64,000 nucleotides of DNA from a virus: IMG/VR virus record IMGVR_UViG_3300020057_000029, positions 1-64,000 of that record; one strand, given 5' to 3'. The notes under the pieces are model-generated. The model worked only from the letters and a program-made list of their open reading frames with translations, was not told the DNA's origin and ran no database searches. Positions 26,781-39,700 of the stretch are shown here, in pieces. Position numbers and translations under genes: made by a program. Every line of letters begins with the position of its first letter. Within the stretch, counting starts at the first letter, position 1.

Positions 26781-27835
26781 TGAAACTTAAGAATGGAGCA
26801 GTATTGCCGCACGGCCTGCTAAGCAGTGATCCTAGCCAAATGATGGCGGGCTTTAATAAGAGTTATAAAAACCTTGCACTTCGCATTGGTGTGATCAAGG
26901 AAGCTTACCCTGTCTCCAACGATCTTAATAAATCAAAGCTTACTACTGAGTATGACGTAACCGTTATCGAACAGAACGAAGACAAGGGTGTGACTACTAT
27001 TCTTTATAGGAACTGTATGTCTGCTGAAGGCCTAGGCTCTGTTGCAGATTTTTTTGAAAAAGCTCTCAGGAAGACCAAGAAGAAGACCAAGAAGGGCGAT
27101 GCCGTAAACACCAAAGGCCAAAACGGTGCCATTGTCCTTCTTTTGTGTTTAGACGGCATGTCAGAAAAGGCTGTAATTATTGGAGCTCTGACGCATCCAG
27201 ATCGTAAGACCACCTTGAAGAACGAAGAGCCCTACCTAGAAGGCGAATACAATGGCTGTAACATCAAGGTGGCTACTGATGGCAGCTGCACGTTTACGTT
27301 CAAGGGTGCTACCGACAACGATGGCAAGATAACAGATTCTTCACAAGGTCCAACCGTTGTCAAGATAGAAAAAGATGGTTCCTGTCAGATTGATCACAAA
27401 ACTATCAAAATGCGTCTTGACAAAAGTGGCAAGGCCAGTCTGATCGCCGATGATAATATTGAGAATACTTCCAAGAAAAGCTTTAAGGTTACGACCACTG
27501 AAAATATCAATCTGAAGGCTGAAAAGGATTTCACCTTAAATTGCGATATGTTAACCGCTAAAGCAACTGGATCTGCTCTTTTAGAATGCCAAAAGATCAC
27601 GATGAAGTCTGAGTCTGAATTTGACATGAAAGGCAGCACTGTTGCCTTAGAAGCAGAAAGCCTGGTAAAGATCAAGGGAAGTATTGTGATTGTCGATGGA
27701 ATTGTTTATCTCGGCGGCGCGGGCGGCTTGCCTGTTTTAACCCTGCTCACAATGACTCTCGGGATTGGGAACCTTGGGATGCCCGTAATCAGCTTTCCAA
27801 TTTCTGGCTATGCGACCTCTGTATTTGCAAAATAA
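26780..27835 (+). CDS. Baseplate spike (gpV/gp5-like)
   Basis: OB-fold-like N-terminus, beta-helix-like repeats. Confidence 0.65.
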   Translation: MKLKNGAVLPHGLLSSDPSQMMAGFNKSYKNLALRIGVIKEAYPVSNDLNKSKLTTEYDVTVIEQNEDKGVTTILYRNCMSAEGLGSVADFFEKALRKTKKKTKKGDAVNTKGQNGAIVLLLCLDGMSEKAVIIGALTHPDRKTTLKNEEPYLEGEYNGCNIKVATDGSCTFTFKGATDNDGKITDSSQGPTVVKIEKDGSCQIDHKTIKMRLDKSGKASLIADDNIENTSKKSFKVTTTENINLKAEKDFTLNCDMLTAKATGSALLECQKITMKSESEFDMKGSTVALEAESLVKIKGSIVIVDGIVYLGGAGGLPVLTLLTMTLGIGNLGMPVISFPISGYATSVFAK

Positions 27836-27867
27836 CAGTAAAATGATACAATAAGATAGGAGAAAAC

Positions 27868-28419
27868 ATGACTTTTAAAGAAATGGCGATAAACATGTTC
27901 CCCTTTTGGATCATTGGCACTGTAATATTGTTCGCCACGATCAGGGCTGGTTACGGAAAATTTGTAAGAATTGAGAAAAAGGCTGTAAAACGATTCCTTT
28001 CTCTTATGGCCATGGTCACTGTTCTTAGGGTGGTCTTGCTTAGTATTTTTCCAAAAATTATAGACTTTTTGCCAGGCGATACCAAGGCCGCTATAGACAT
28101 GATACCTCTAGGAGCAACAGCTTTTGTATTTTGGGAAGACATGGTTCATATTTTACCATTAGTTCTTCTGTTTTCTTTTTTCAATGACAGTAAATTTGCC
28201 AATCGCGTCCGAATGGCAATAACCATCGCGGTTATGTTTGCCTTTGGAATGGGCCATACCTATCAAGGTTTTATAGCAGCATTTCTTTTGTCTTTTTATA
28301 TTCCAATAGTAACTAAATTAGGGGAAAAATATGGAGTAGGGACGGTTATGATTTGTCATACTTTCTACGATTTAACCACACTGATAACACTCAGGCTAAT
28401 ATTGGGGCAATATGTCTAA
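27868..28419 (+). CDS. CPBP/Abi (CAAX-like) intramembrane metalloprotease
   Basis: WEDxxH, FGMGH, HxxYD motifs; multi-TM. Confidence 0.75.
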   Translation: MTFKEMAINMFPFWIIGTVILFATIRAGYGKFVRIEKKAVKRFLSLMAMVTVLRVVLLSIFPKIIDFLPGDTKAAIDMIPLGATAFVFWEDMVHILPLVLLFSFFNDSKFANRVRMAITIAVMFAFGMGHTYQGFIAAFLLSFYIPIVTKLGEKYGVGTVMICHTFYDLTTLITLRLILGQYV

Positions 28420-28681
28420 AAAGAAAAATGGTGAAAAAAACCCCTATAGGTATTCTGCCACGGATCTTCGCATTGCCGAACAGGGCTTTTGGATTCAGAT
28501 TGGGACAGAAGTTTATATTTCGGACGGTATCATAGTGTTTCCTCCAGAAATCATAGAGCAAGTCAGCAAGGCTGTTTTGAAAGAATTAAGAAATATATTA
28601 GATAATGGCGCTGACGAAGAGAAAGATAGTGCTATGCTGGCTCTAGCTAGTTTCTATATACACCCATTGAGGGTACACTAA
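28412..28681 (+). CDS. Hypothetical protein
   Basis: ORF coupled on both sides. Confidence 0.6.
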   Translation: MSKKKNGEKNPYRYSATDLRIAEQGFWIQIGTEVYISDGIIVFPPEIIEQVSKAVLKELRNILDNGADEEKDSAMLALASFYIHPLRVH

Positions 28682-30066
28682 TGCCATTGTCACAAGATGA
28701 CCGTATTGCGTTTTCTCTAAAAATTGTAAATACGGAAAAAGAAATTCAAGGATTGCTATCCGCAAAAGAACAGATTCAGGTTCAGGTAGACTCTATTTAC
28801 AAATTAGACCAGGCCAATAAGCGTCTTTTTGACCCAGTCAATGATCTTGTTAACGCCTATCAGCTAGAGTCAAACTATCTAACTGGTCAGATTCGTACTC
28901 AAATTTCTGAAACTGACATACAAGATGCCGCAAAAAGAATATTGAGAAATAGTTTTTTTCCCAATGATGTTCAGACTTCTGTTCCTAGCTTAGCTGCCTA
29001 TAGCAATATATGGGTTAGGTTCAAGCCATACGCACTCAGTTTTGCCATTGGTAAGAAATATTCTGAAACTTACGATGCTACCACAAAAGAGGGCGATGTT
29101 ATAAACGCGGCTCTTGCTTTTATCACTAGCGCCTCTTCCTATGCAGACATACAGAACACGTCTGGCCAAGAATGTCAGGCAAGCGGAACCTGTTCTGACA
29201 TTTTGTATACTGATCAGGCTACCTGTATATTGAATGGTGAAACTTGGACACCTGGACCGGATGTAATCTCTTCTTATCCAGCGGTGGAAACCTTAAAAAC
29301 AAATTTAGTGAATACTGTAAACCAACTTCGAAGTTTACTGCTTGCAGAAGCCGCTGTAATCGTAATGAATGATGTGAATATCGGTCGTCAAGCCCAGAAT
29401 CAGGCGGCCATAGATTATATTAATAATACTATTGTTCCTGCCCTGGATTTGTGGTTAGCCTATTCGGATTTCAATACCGCCCACGGACAGACTACCTGTG
29501 CAGGCTTTAGCGGTTACAATGCGAATCTGTTAGCGCCTACAAAGCTGCATTCTTCAGAGCTAACCGCCCTACAGACAGCGCTGAACACTCGTTTGACAAA
29601 TATCACTAGCAGGCTTGGTGAGCTAAACTTGAACCTGGGATCAATCAATCAGGATTTAACCACTGGGGATATAGTTTCGAGCAGCGGTTTCTATGGACAG
29701 CGCTATTCTTTTTTGGTTTTAAGGCTCAATACTCTAGGCGGATCTTTGACCCTTTTGAACGGTCTTCAAACATCTTCCCAAGTTCAAGATCAGATTGCCG
29801 CAAGCGCTATTGAAACCAAGGCTTTATATGAAACGGTTATAAGAGTAAGCTTGTTTGCCGCTCCAGCCTCTAGCACGGCAACTCTTCACCTTAGGGATGC
29901 TAGCTTTTTGTCCGTGGGCGATCTGGTATATGTAATAGCAGAAGGTCAGGAAGAATTGTTAAGAGCCGTAAAATCTATAAATGGCAAATCTGTTATTTTG
30001 AACGGCATCGTTCCGTCTAAATATAGACCTAGAGAAAACGGTCGCCTGTACAAAGTCTTAATCTAA
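28681..30066 (+). CDS. Putative virion protein (coiled-coil)
   Basis: 461-aa ORF in the structural block. Confidence 0.65.
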   Translation: MPLSQDDRIAFSLKIVNTEKEIQGLLSAKEQIQVQVDSIYKLDQANKRLFDPVNDLVNAYQLESNYLTGQIRTQISETDIQDAAKRILRNSFFPNDVQTSVPSLAAYSNIWVRFKPYALSFAIGKKYSETYDATTKEGDVINAALAFITSASSYADIQNTSGQECQASGTCSDILYTDQATCILNGETWTPGPDVISSYPAVETLKTNLVNTVNQLRSLLLAEAAVIVMNDVNIGRQAQNQAAIDYINNTIVPALDLWLAYSDFNTAHGQTTCAGFSGYNANLLAPTKLHSSELTALQTALNTRLTNITSRLGELNLNLGSINQDLTTGDIVSSSGFYGQRYSFLVLRLNTLGGSLTLLNGLQTSSQVQDQIAASAIETKALYETVIRVSLFAAPASSTATLHLRDASFLSVGDLVYVIAEGQEELLRAVKSINGKSVILNGIVPSKYRPRENGRLYKVLI

Positions 30067-30408
30067 AACAATAAACTTGACGTGGGATAAGGCTAAATAA
30101 TATTGAAAGACGTATTTATTTTTTATATGTAGCATTCCGGTTTCATTCCAAAGTTTTAATATAGCCGCAACCGCCTCCATGAGCATGGGAACCATGCAGA
30201 GTTTAGGAGAGTGATTTAGCTTACAGCGAACGTTTCCCGTGCTATGCGTGTCGAATAAAACCTGTGCTTCATTCGCCAATTCGACATTTGTCAGGCTCTC
30301 CAAAAGACAAAGGCTATCGTCTAGATCGTCCCAAGAGTTCAAATGTTCGCTTTGGACAAATTTACTGTAAACTTCAGAAACTATTTGTTGCTCATCTCTA
30401 GTCATCAT
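30058..30408 (-). CDS. Hypothetical protein
   Basis: ORF; start uncertain. Confidence 0.55.
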   Translation of the reverse strand: MMTRDEQQIVSEVYSKFVQSEHLNSWDDLDDSLCLLESLTNVELANEAQVLFDTHSTGNVRCKLNHSPKLCMVPMLMEAVAAILKLWNETGMLHIKNKYVFQYYLALSHVKFIVLD

Positions 30409-30428
30409 ATTGATTATAGCAAAATTGA

Positions 30429-31007
30429 TTACCAAACTCTACAATTGTTAAACATTTCATCAACATAGTGATCGTAATGATTGAACATACAAGTACTACT
30501 TACTACGACTGGGTGCATAAGAGTTCTTGCACAGCCATCTTCAAAATAAGGACGCTCTGTTTCGGGTATTTCTGTTTCGTCTATTTCAGTTCTTAACTTT
30601 TCAATAATTTTTTCAAAAATTCCATCAGGATATTGAATCCTTGTTTTGCTGCCATAAGTGTGATTGCGATTACAGTAACAATGTGTCAACTCGTGAAATA
30701 TCAAAGCTTTTGTTTGGAGATAACCTCTACTTTTGAAGAATTTTTCATCAATATCGATTTCTCTCCATCTATGGCCATATGTGCATATTCCTATAACGCC
30801 GCCAGAAGCATCAGATTGAGTATTGGCGAATCCCATGGTCACATCTCTGTTAAAGACGATCCCACGAACAACAGCCAGCTCCATAAACTCATCCTTGTAC
30901 TCCTGAAGCCTTGGGTCAGTGCCTTTATATGCAGGTTCGTTCTTAGGAACAGGGGAGCTACAGGATGTGAATAGGACCAAAAATGTCAGTAAAAATAGGG
31001 TCTTCAT
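30429..31007 (-). CDS. Lipoprotein zinc metallopeptidase (HExxH)
   Basis: LFTSC lipobox; FHELTHC...H; LMHP Met-turn-like. Confidence 0.75.
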   Translation of the reverse strand: MKTLFLLTFLVLFTSCSSPVPKNEPAYKGTDPRLQEYKDEFMELAVVRGIVFNRDVTMGFANTQSDASGGVIGICTYGHRWREIDIDEKFFKSRGYLQTKALIFHELTHCYCNRNHTYGSKTRIQYPDGIFEKIIEKLRTEIDETEIPETERPYFEDGCARTLMHPVVVSSTCMFNHYDHYVDEMFNNCRVW

Positions 31008-31077
31008 GTGATAATCTTATATCAGGGACGGTCTGATCCTGACAGCATAATCTTATATTGAAGGAATAAAAAAACAA

Positions 31078-33669
31078 ATGTCCATCCCAAGCACCCCTCA
31101 ACCTACTGGAATTGCAAACAATCTCTCTAAGCAATTTCAAGCACTTGTCAGGGATCTGAATAATACTCAAAATAACCAAGCAAGTTCAATGCCTTGGAGC
31201 AATGTTCAATCTGCTTTTTTTCCTTTTATTCATATTGAGCCTAAGCGATGGGACCAGCTGTTTCCATATCGATTACTTGTTATTGACACTCGCAAGGGGA
31301 ATCGGGTGGTAAACGGTGGAAATACTGCCAAGGTTACAGTTTCAAATAGTCAGAATAATTCAATAGTTAACTTTGAAACACTGAGTAAAAAATGGGTTTT
31401 TACCCTTCCTATTAGCCCTCAACAGCTGAGCATCACTGATTCCTATGCTATTCAAACGACCGCTACCTTAAAAGGCATACTGGAAGAACACGGCGGTCTT
31501 AGGTTTAAGACGATTAACGCCACGGGAACCATGGGAGTATGGCCTTATCGCCAGAGCGTGACTGCTCCCCCACAAAGTCCGTCCGTCCTTGAATCTATTT
31601 TTGGTGGAACTATTGAGGCAGTAGGTAACCTGTTTGGTCAAGTAAATCGTGTTATTAACGCAGCTACCTCTGGACATCCGGCAAGCAAGCCTAGCTCAAA
31701 GCGCCCTGAAACCTCACCCGAAGGCTCATCGAGCACTGGTTACCACCACGCACTGGCCCTTCAGCAGTTTCTCGAACAATATGCAGAAGCCAAGAAAAAC
31801 CCTGACAATGCTGGCTGGCGCTTGGTATTCGATATTCCTAAGCAGAACGCTTCTTATGTAGTTACTCCAGAGCAATTTGTTTGGCAACAAAGCGTTGCCA
31901 AGGCGATGGAAGTCACCTACGTAATGCAGTTGAAGGCCTGGAGACGCATTGATCTTCAGGAGAAGGTCTCTGCTGTTGTACCAAATTTGCAAAAAATTGA
32001 TTCGGGTATTTTACAGCGTATTATGAGCACTATTACGGAAGCTCGCCGTACAATGTCCGCTGCAATCGATCTTATTAGTGCGGTTAGATCTGACGTAGGA
32101 AAACCTCTTGAAGTTTTGCGTCAAACCGCATTGTTTGTAAAAGATCTTTCAGGCGTAGTTACCAGCGTGGCCGACCTCCCATCTCAGATCCAGAAAGATT
32201 ATTCTAGTTCTATTAAGGAATCGATGAGGATTTTGAAGGATTCAATATCTTCATCTTCTAGCGATCCAAGGGTTATATCTGCCTTATCTGCAATTGTAAC
32301 AAGCTCTCTACTAACCGAGGGATTGAGCATTGCTGCTATAGCCGGTGGTCAACTTGGCGATCAGGCCGCTATAAATCAGACCCTAGATCCTTCTAATAAT
32401 ATTTTTGATAATCCAGAGCGCAACTTTGATCTCATGGATATGGTTCCCGTGTTCAGTCTGCAGCTAAACGATGCTCAGCAGTTTGCTGTCGATACGATTA
32501 TAGAAGATGCTCGCGAAACTACCGTGGACGATCTTCGTGAATTCCGCGCCGTAATTGCAGATCTAACCACCCAGCTCTCAAATAATTTTGGAGCAGGGGA
32601 TGCATATTACAGTCAGATCTATGGTCGCCCACCTCCCAAATCACGCATTCAGTCCATGACACTGGACGAATACGGTATTTTAAAGGCCCTGTATGAAGTC
32701 TTGCAGTCTTATGATATTTTAACTGCTACTACGGATATTGACGATTTGAACAAGAAAACCAATATGGAATACGTAGCTGGCTTGGCCGATGCTGCAGGTA
32801 TTCCTTTTGACCTGCCAAATAGTAAAATCCTTGTTCCAGTTCCTTTTGGTAAAAACGTTGAACAGATTGCCCTGCGCTATCTTGGGGATGCTCAGAAATG
32901 GCTTGAAATCGTCACCTTGAATAATTTGAGAGATCCTTATATTGATGAAGACGGTTTTAAACGATCACTGCTGTCCAATGCAACTGGAAGGCAAATCACA
33001 ATAAACAACATAGAGAATCTTTACATAGGACAACGCGTACTGATTGGATCAACTGCTCAGGCCCAGTCTGCTCGTAGAATTTTAGATCTAGGTCGTCTTT
33101 CTGATACTTCTTTTCTGGTCACCTTGGATGGAGAAGCTGATTTAGATCCATATACGATTGCAGATCTTGCTTATATGCAGGCCTATCTGCCTGGCACCGT
33201 AAACAGTCAGCAAAAAATCTTCATTCCTAGCACTTTACCGGTTCCTGAAAGTGACAATATCGTGATCCCTGCCTCTGTACAGGCCGTAGACCTAGTAGGG
33301 CTTAGCAAGGTGGACTGGTTATTGACCGAATCAGGCGATCTAGCAACGAATAGTTATGGTGATTTTAGATACGCTGCTGGTATTACTAATTTAATTCAAG
33401 CCATAAGAATCAAGCTTTCTACCCCAAAAGGAAGACTTATAACCCATCCAGAGTTTGGGATGGGTATAAGACCAGGTGTTATGACTTCTGAAGTGGACGT
33501 TCAGGATATCTACAATTCTATTAACAAAATGATCGAAGATGACTCACGTTATCAAGGGCTTGACAGTCTTCAGATTACTATTAATGGACCAACTTTGTCA
33601 ATCAATATGGGCGTAATGATTGCTGGTCAACAAGGGGTTTTCCCTCTTAGTTTCCAAATGCCCATATAG
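31078..33669 (+). CDS. Tail/baseplate protein with LysM-like segment and C-terminal gp25-like domain
   Basis: EQIALRYLGD..KW.EI..LN; NLIQAIRIKLSTPKG...HPEFG. Confidence 0.7.
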   Translation: MSIPSTPQPTGIANNLSKQFQALVRDLNNTQNNQASSMPWSNVQSAFFPFIHIEPKRWDQLFPYRLLVIDTRKGNRVVNGGNTAKVTVSNSQNNSIVNFETLSKKWVFTLPISPQQLSITDSYAIQTTATLKGILEEHGGLRFKTINATGTMGVWPYRQSVTAPPQSPSVLESIFGGTIEAVGNLFGQVNRVINAATSGHPASKPSSKRPETSPEGSSSTGYHHALALQQFLEQYAEAKKNPDNAGWRLVFDIPKQNASYVVTPEQFVWQQSVAKAMEVTYVMQLKAWRRIDLQEKVSAVVPNLQKIDSGILQRIMSTITEARRTMSAAIDLISAVRSDVGKPLEVLRQTALFVKDLSGVVTSVADLPSQIQKDYSSSIKESMRILKDSISSSSSDPRVISALSAIVTSSLLTEGLSIAAIAGGQLGDQAAINQTLDPSNNIFDNPERNFDLMDMVPVFSLQLNDAQQFAVDTIIEDARETTVDDLREFRAVIADLTTQLSNNFGAGDAYYSQIYGRPPPKSRIQSMTLDEYGILKALYEVLQSYDILTATTDIDDLNKKTNMEYVAGLADAAGIPFDLPNSKILVPVPFGKNVEQIALRYLGDAQKWLEIVTLNNLRDPYIDEDGFKRSLLSNATGRQITINNIENLYIGQRVLIGSTAQAQSARRILDLGRLSDTSFLVTLDGEADLDPYTIADLAYMQAYLPGTVNSQQKIFIPSTLPVPESDNIVIPASVQAVDLVGLSKVDWLLTESGDLATNSYGDFRYAAGITNLIQAIRIKLSTPKGRLITHPEFGMGIRPGVMTSEVDVQDIYNSINKMIEDDSRYQGLDSLQITINGPTLSINMGVMIAGQQGVFPLSFQMPI

Positions 33670-33706
33670 GCTATGATATAAGTCTTACAAGGACAATCTT
33701 TATACT

Positions 33707-36700
33707 ATGAGTGACTTGCCAAATCCAAAATCTTATGAAGCAGTGCTTGCAGATATGCTCTCAACCTATGCTACTAAGCAGGGTATTAACGATTTTAACG
33801 TAGGATCAGCTGTAACCAGTTTTTTTGAGACTGTAGCCCTTGCTACTGTTCGCGCATCTGGCGACGTATTTCAGATTCTCCGTGATTTTTCTGTAGATCG
33901 TGCAACCGGTGACACACTTAAGCGCTTGGCTATCGAGAATCGTGTAGCTCCTGTTACCGCAAAACCAGCCACTGGTCAGGTTACTGTTACCGATACTGGT
34001 TTTACCAAGAAATCCACTAAGATATACGCTGGCGCTATGTCTCCAAATATCGGCTCTACCTCTATCAAGGTTAGCGATACTACCGCCTGGACGGCCACTG
34101 GGTCAATCTATATTGGTCGTGGAACCCCTAATATTGAAGGGCCAATTCCTTACGTCTCCATTGCGCCTTCTGGTAGTTTTTTCGTTATCAATCTCAGTGT
34201 TCCTACGACTAAGTTCCATAACGTAGGCGAGACTGTAATTTTAGCTCAGGGCGGAAATCGCTCTATTCCTGTAAATTCCATCGCTGTTTCTCCAGCTGTA
34301 GGCTCTAGTTCTGATCTTCAGTTTGCTGTAACCACTGCTGCTATAATTCTTGATGGTGAAGTTTCTGTTGGCAATGTGCAAGTTGCTTCTTTGACACCTG
34401 GAGCTGACGGAAACGTACCGCGCGGCGCTATTAAGCAGTTTTCAAACCCTCCTTTTGCCGGTGCTGCTGTAACCAACACCCTTCCGTTTATTACCGGCAA
34501 GGATTCTGAGACTGATGATCAGCTTCGAGTGCGTATCAAACGTGCTATCGAATCTCGTGGCCTTGGCACGGCAACTGCTGTAAAAAATTCTGTAATCGGA
34601 GCAGCTCCTTCTGATGAAGATGCCACTATTGTTAGCTCTGACATATTGTCAAATTCAGACGGCGCTATTCTTTACATTGACGATGGTTCTGGATATGAGG
34701 CCAAAAATACTGGCGTAGGGCTTGAAGCAATTGTAAATAGTGCTATCGGTGGTGAACAGTTTTTTCAATTATCTACCGGTGGACGCCAAACATCTGTAAC
34801 CAAAGCATTCTTGATTTCTACTCTTTCTGCTCCATTTGATATTATCGATGGCGATACGCTGGCGTTAATTGTTGGCGAAACCACTTATCAGCATGTGTTT
34901 ACTTCTTCTGACTTTCGCTCTCCAGGTGGTGTTACTGCCAATGAAGTTACGGCTTCTGTGAATGCTAACCCCGAACTTGGTTTTGAGGCTACCACTTCAG
35001 GCGGTGGTCTATATGTTGTTTTCCGCTCTAAAACAGAAGGCAGTGACAATATAAAAATTTCCACTCCCACTACTTCTGGGCGCGACGCTTCTGTACAGCT
35101 GGGCTTGTCAGAAAACGAAATCCAAACCCTACGTCTTTATAAGAACAAAATACCCCTAAACAAAGATGGTAAAACAGCCTCTGTGTTTACGCAGGAGCAG
35201 TCTTTGTGGTCGCCAACCATTGTTACGGGTGACACACTCATTCTTTTGGTCGATGGAACTGCCGCTATTACTTACACTGTTTATGATGCCGACTTTATTG
35301 CCACAGGGCTTTACACCAGTGTTTCTTCTGCGAACTCTCTAGACTCCTGGGCAGAAGTTCTAACGGCAAAACTTACTGGAGTAACAGTATCTGTAGTTGG
35401 CCAACGTTTGAGAATTACTTCTAATCTAGGCTCTAACAATCGTGCGGAAGTTGTCATAGATGGAGCATCTTCGTTAGTTACAAAGGGAATGCTTAGTTCT
35501 CTAACAGGTCTTTCTGCTCAAGGTAAGGCTTCTGATTTTATTCTTTCTAGAAATACCGCCCAGATAGAACTGGCTGTACCCTTGGTTGCTGGAGATGTCT
35601 TAGAAGCTGGAACTACCCAGACTGAAGCTAGAATCCAATCTCTTGAGATTCCAGGTGGAAGTGTTGCTTTTTCTGCAGATGCTCATATCTGGCTGTTGAT
35701 TGATAATCCAGGGGAAATCATTGTTACTGGTGTAGCTGGAAATACGATTATAGACGTGACCAAGCCAGCCACTAATACCGTTCGTTATGTGACCACTATC
35801 CCAAGCGCATTTGACAATGTTGTGGTTGGTGACTACATAATTATTTGGTCTGAAGAGTTAAACATAAATAACCGCCTAGAAGGTCGGGTACATGCCAAGA
35901 CCGGCACCACGCTAGATATTGTTGTAACCGCCGCCGAATGGGCTGCAGCCGTAGCCGAATCTGGAATCCTTTTTTCTGAAGGCTTTGTAATCCTTCGCAG
36001 TACTTTAGCTCCGCAAAAATTTCGTATCACGCTTGGTCCTAAGACCCTTGATGATATTACCCAAGAGCTTCAGGATCAAACCAACAGTCTGATTTTCTCT
36101 GTTCTTGAAGACAGATATATAGTTGTGCGCTCTAGGACAAAAAACACCAATGGTTATGTACTGGTTGTAACCGCCGACCTAGAAGGAAAACTTTTAAATC
36201 TACCTGCAAATACGAGCAATACGAGCAAAGATTCTCTTATAGCTTTTTACGACAGTCGGACTCGTGAGGGTCAGCTGCCTCGTTTTGTGCATTCTTCGTT
36301 TGCTGCCGGTTCTGCCGCCAATCCTCCAGATAGTTTTACAGCATCGGTTACTTCAAATATTTCTTTTGCCGGTCGCGATCCTAATGAATTGATCTGCGAA
36401 CTCCATCCCTATGGCGCAATACCAGACTCACAGCCATACGGAGAATGCGCACAGGTCAAGAGTATTGCCGGTCCTGTAGTAACTATTGCCGAGCAAGCTT
36501 TGATTCGCAGAATGCGCATTGATGATCGCTTCTTTATTGCCAACCCCTTGGACTTTGGCTTCTCAGACACTGCTGTAGTTGTCTTGGACAACGACACTAC
36601 CGCTAAATCTTTTGAAATGCCGTTCTATCGCAGAGCTGTAACTAACACTTCGTTTGCCAACAATCCTTCTAGTTTTAACGCATATGATGTTGATGCCGGT

Positions 36701-39700
36701 CCTGTTGTAAACTTTGCATCTTCTTTTGGCCCTGGCTTTGATTTTCAACAATTCAAAGTATTAATGCAGGCAAAAAAAGTATTAAAACACGCTCTTCCTG
36801 AGACAGCATTGCTTTATCGCTCAGCACGCTGGGGTCGTTCTGGTGAAAAAATTACCGTAGGATACGATTACCCAGGCGGTCCCAACGCTCTTGTCACCAG
36901 CAATATAGATGTAAGTAACTCAGTTGATATCCGTATCGTATTAGCCTCTGGTGCCGCAATAGCAAGCGCTGTAGATGGTTCTACTGAATGGGATATCACT
37001 GTTACCCCAAATACTCCAATCGCCGGAGTAGACCAAGTCACGTACACCTGGACTGGACTGGGTACCAATCCCTCCATAACCCTTTCGGGCGGTGAATATG
37101 TAAATATTACCAATCAAACTGAATTTGATGAAGCTAATATTGGGATTTTCCGTATTTCTTCAGAAGTAGGGTTCACACCTACTCCCACTAGTTTTTCTGT
37201 TCAAAGACCTACCGCCGCAGCCGTAGCCGAATCCAATAAATCCACTCTCGTACCAGGAGCAATATCGTTTTATGCGTCTGCTTCTACGACTGCAGCCGAT
37301 GTAAAAGCTTATGTAGACACCGACCTGGCCCTTTATGTCACCGCTACTATCGTGAACGATGGCGGTACTTCCGGCTCAGGCGTCTTTGTAGAAAGCACAT
37401 ACGAAGATTCTGGTTTCTCGTATGACAGGGTAAGTCTTTTAGATGGTATTAACTGGATTGCTTCTAACGATTTGTCAGTAAGCCCTCAGTTTACTTTTAA
37501 GAAACCCCTCGATCTCTCAAGCGACGTAGGCTATGCCTTCAATAGTTCAGAGGAGGTAAGACTTGTTCCTACCACTCACGAACAGGTTAAACGCTTACTT
37601 TCCGTTTTGGCAGTAACTGGTTTCACGACTGTAGGCACAATCGGCACAACCGAACGTGCTTCCAGACTAGAACTAGCAACACAAATCCTTGGAAGCAAGG
37701 GTGCTGTGCAAATTATTGGCGGCTTAGCTAACAAATACGAAGTTCCCGTTCTAGATATTGCTACCCGTTTAAACAACACTGTAATGAGCGTTTCTGCTGA
37801 TCGCGTATCTGCTCAGGGCGTTCATTCAGATCAGTGGTTCCGACTTGAAGCAACCGTAAAACAACGCAAAGAAACGCTTCTTTCTTCTAACAGCGGTGTA
37901 ACCATTATTGGGAATAGTCCTGCTTCTGGCAAATCCACTGTTATGTTTAACAATAGAGAGCTCAATCAGCGTTATTTTGGCAAGCCAAGACACCATGTTC
38001 GATCACGCGGAAATACTTTTCGTGTAGAAAAACAAGGTAATTTGGTTTGTATCAGCTGGAATCTAGTTGGCACAAGCCCTGACTTCCTACTGTCTGCTGT
38101 AGATTTCAATGACGCAGGCGGCGGAACCCTCAACGTTTCTAAAGTAACTGGAGGCAATGACGTTGAGTATATCGTTTTAACTGGCAATGCCAACTTTAAT
38201 GGCCTGTCCATCGGAGACTTGGTTACTGTTGCCAACATGCCTGATCCAGATAACAACGGTACATTCCTTGTAACCGGAGTATCCAGTAACGGTAAAACCC
38301 TACGAGTTTTAAATTCTGCTTCTGTAAACGAATTCTCGTCTGGAACCTTCACGTTTTCTGCCAATTCCACTGCAGGTGACCAGTTTACAATCGGTATTAC
38401 GAATTTAATCGCCGGTACCAATTTTGCAATTGGCGCTACTGCCGCTGATACTGCTGCTAATCTATCGGCTGTAATTGGCACCGTTCCAGGCGCAAACAGT
38501 ACTGTTAACGGTCTTGTTGTCACTGTAACCGCAAACGCTCCCAGTTCTACTTTGGCTTTGGCGTATTCTGGCACACTGGTTGTAACCGTATCAGGCGCTT
38601 CCATCGTAGGTCAATCCTTTAACGCCTCTGATTTCTCAGCTTCTACTGAAGTATCTGAAGGTGACACTCTAATCATGAGCAATCCTTTTGCTGTACTTAA
38701 CCAGGGCAAGTTTCTCGTAATTCGCAGATATGACGATAGTATCTGGATTGAAAACCCTAATGTAGTTGAAGAAGAAGTTACCCTTCCTGCAAATCTGATC
38801 AGTTTGGGCTTTGATGCAACGACTTCTTTCAAGGTAAACGCTACCAATCATACTCAATATTTAAATTGGAATGGCGTAGGGCTTGAGCCAAGTCTTGGAA
38901 ATGCCAAAGTAGGCGACGTGGTACGTTTTGGAACAGACTTTGCCGTTGCCAACCAGGGCAATTTCATGGTCATCTCTGCTGGCGCTAAGAAACAACAAAT
39001 TGAAAGATTTGTGATGCCTACTGGTGCTCAATTTACTATTGGTGGCCCAGGCAAGTATTTCCTATTGAACTCTGCCGGTGACGTGAATCAATACTATGTA
39101 TGGTTTAACATAAACGGTTCTAACTCAGATCCAGCCCCAGGCGGTCTAACACCAGTGCTGGCAGCAATTCTCAGCGGCGATAGCTCTGCACAGGTAGCCG
39201 CAAAAACTGCCTTAGCTATCACTGGAACTTCAGATATTTCAGCAACTTCTCTAAACAATGAAGTTACTTCTACGACTAGCGGTTTCCAAGAAACCACTGC
39301 AGCGTCTAACTTCAACGTTCCGGCCCCTTTCACTGCTGCTTTGGTACAAGCTGGTAAGCGTTCATTTCTTGAAGCAACAAATCCTTCTGCCGTAAACGAA
39401 GCTGCGGTATTCGTTATTGGAAGTGTTCTGGAAGACCACAGACCTCAGATGCAATTCCTTGAAATCGAAGCTTCGGTTTTTGGCGATAAGGTTGTTGCTA
39501 CTGGAGACACTCTGACCCTTTCGAACGCAGGGTCTTGGGTGATTGATGAGGTTATAGATCGCAATACTGCAGTCGTTATTGGCACCATGGCAAATGTAGA
39601 CAATGCAAGTCTGAACAACAGAGAGTCTTCGGTCTTCGTAGAAGAAGCTGCATTCTATTTTGGTTACAAACACGTACTTCTGGTTTCTGCTCAAGCTGGC

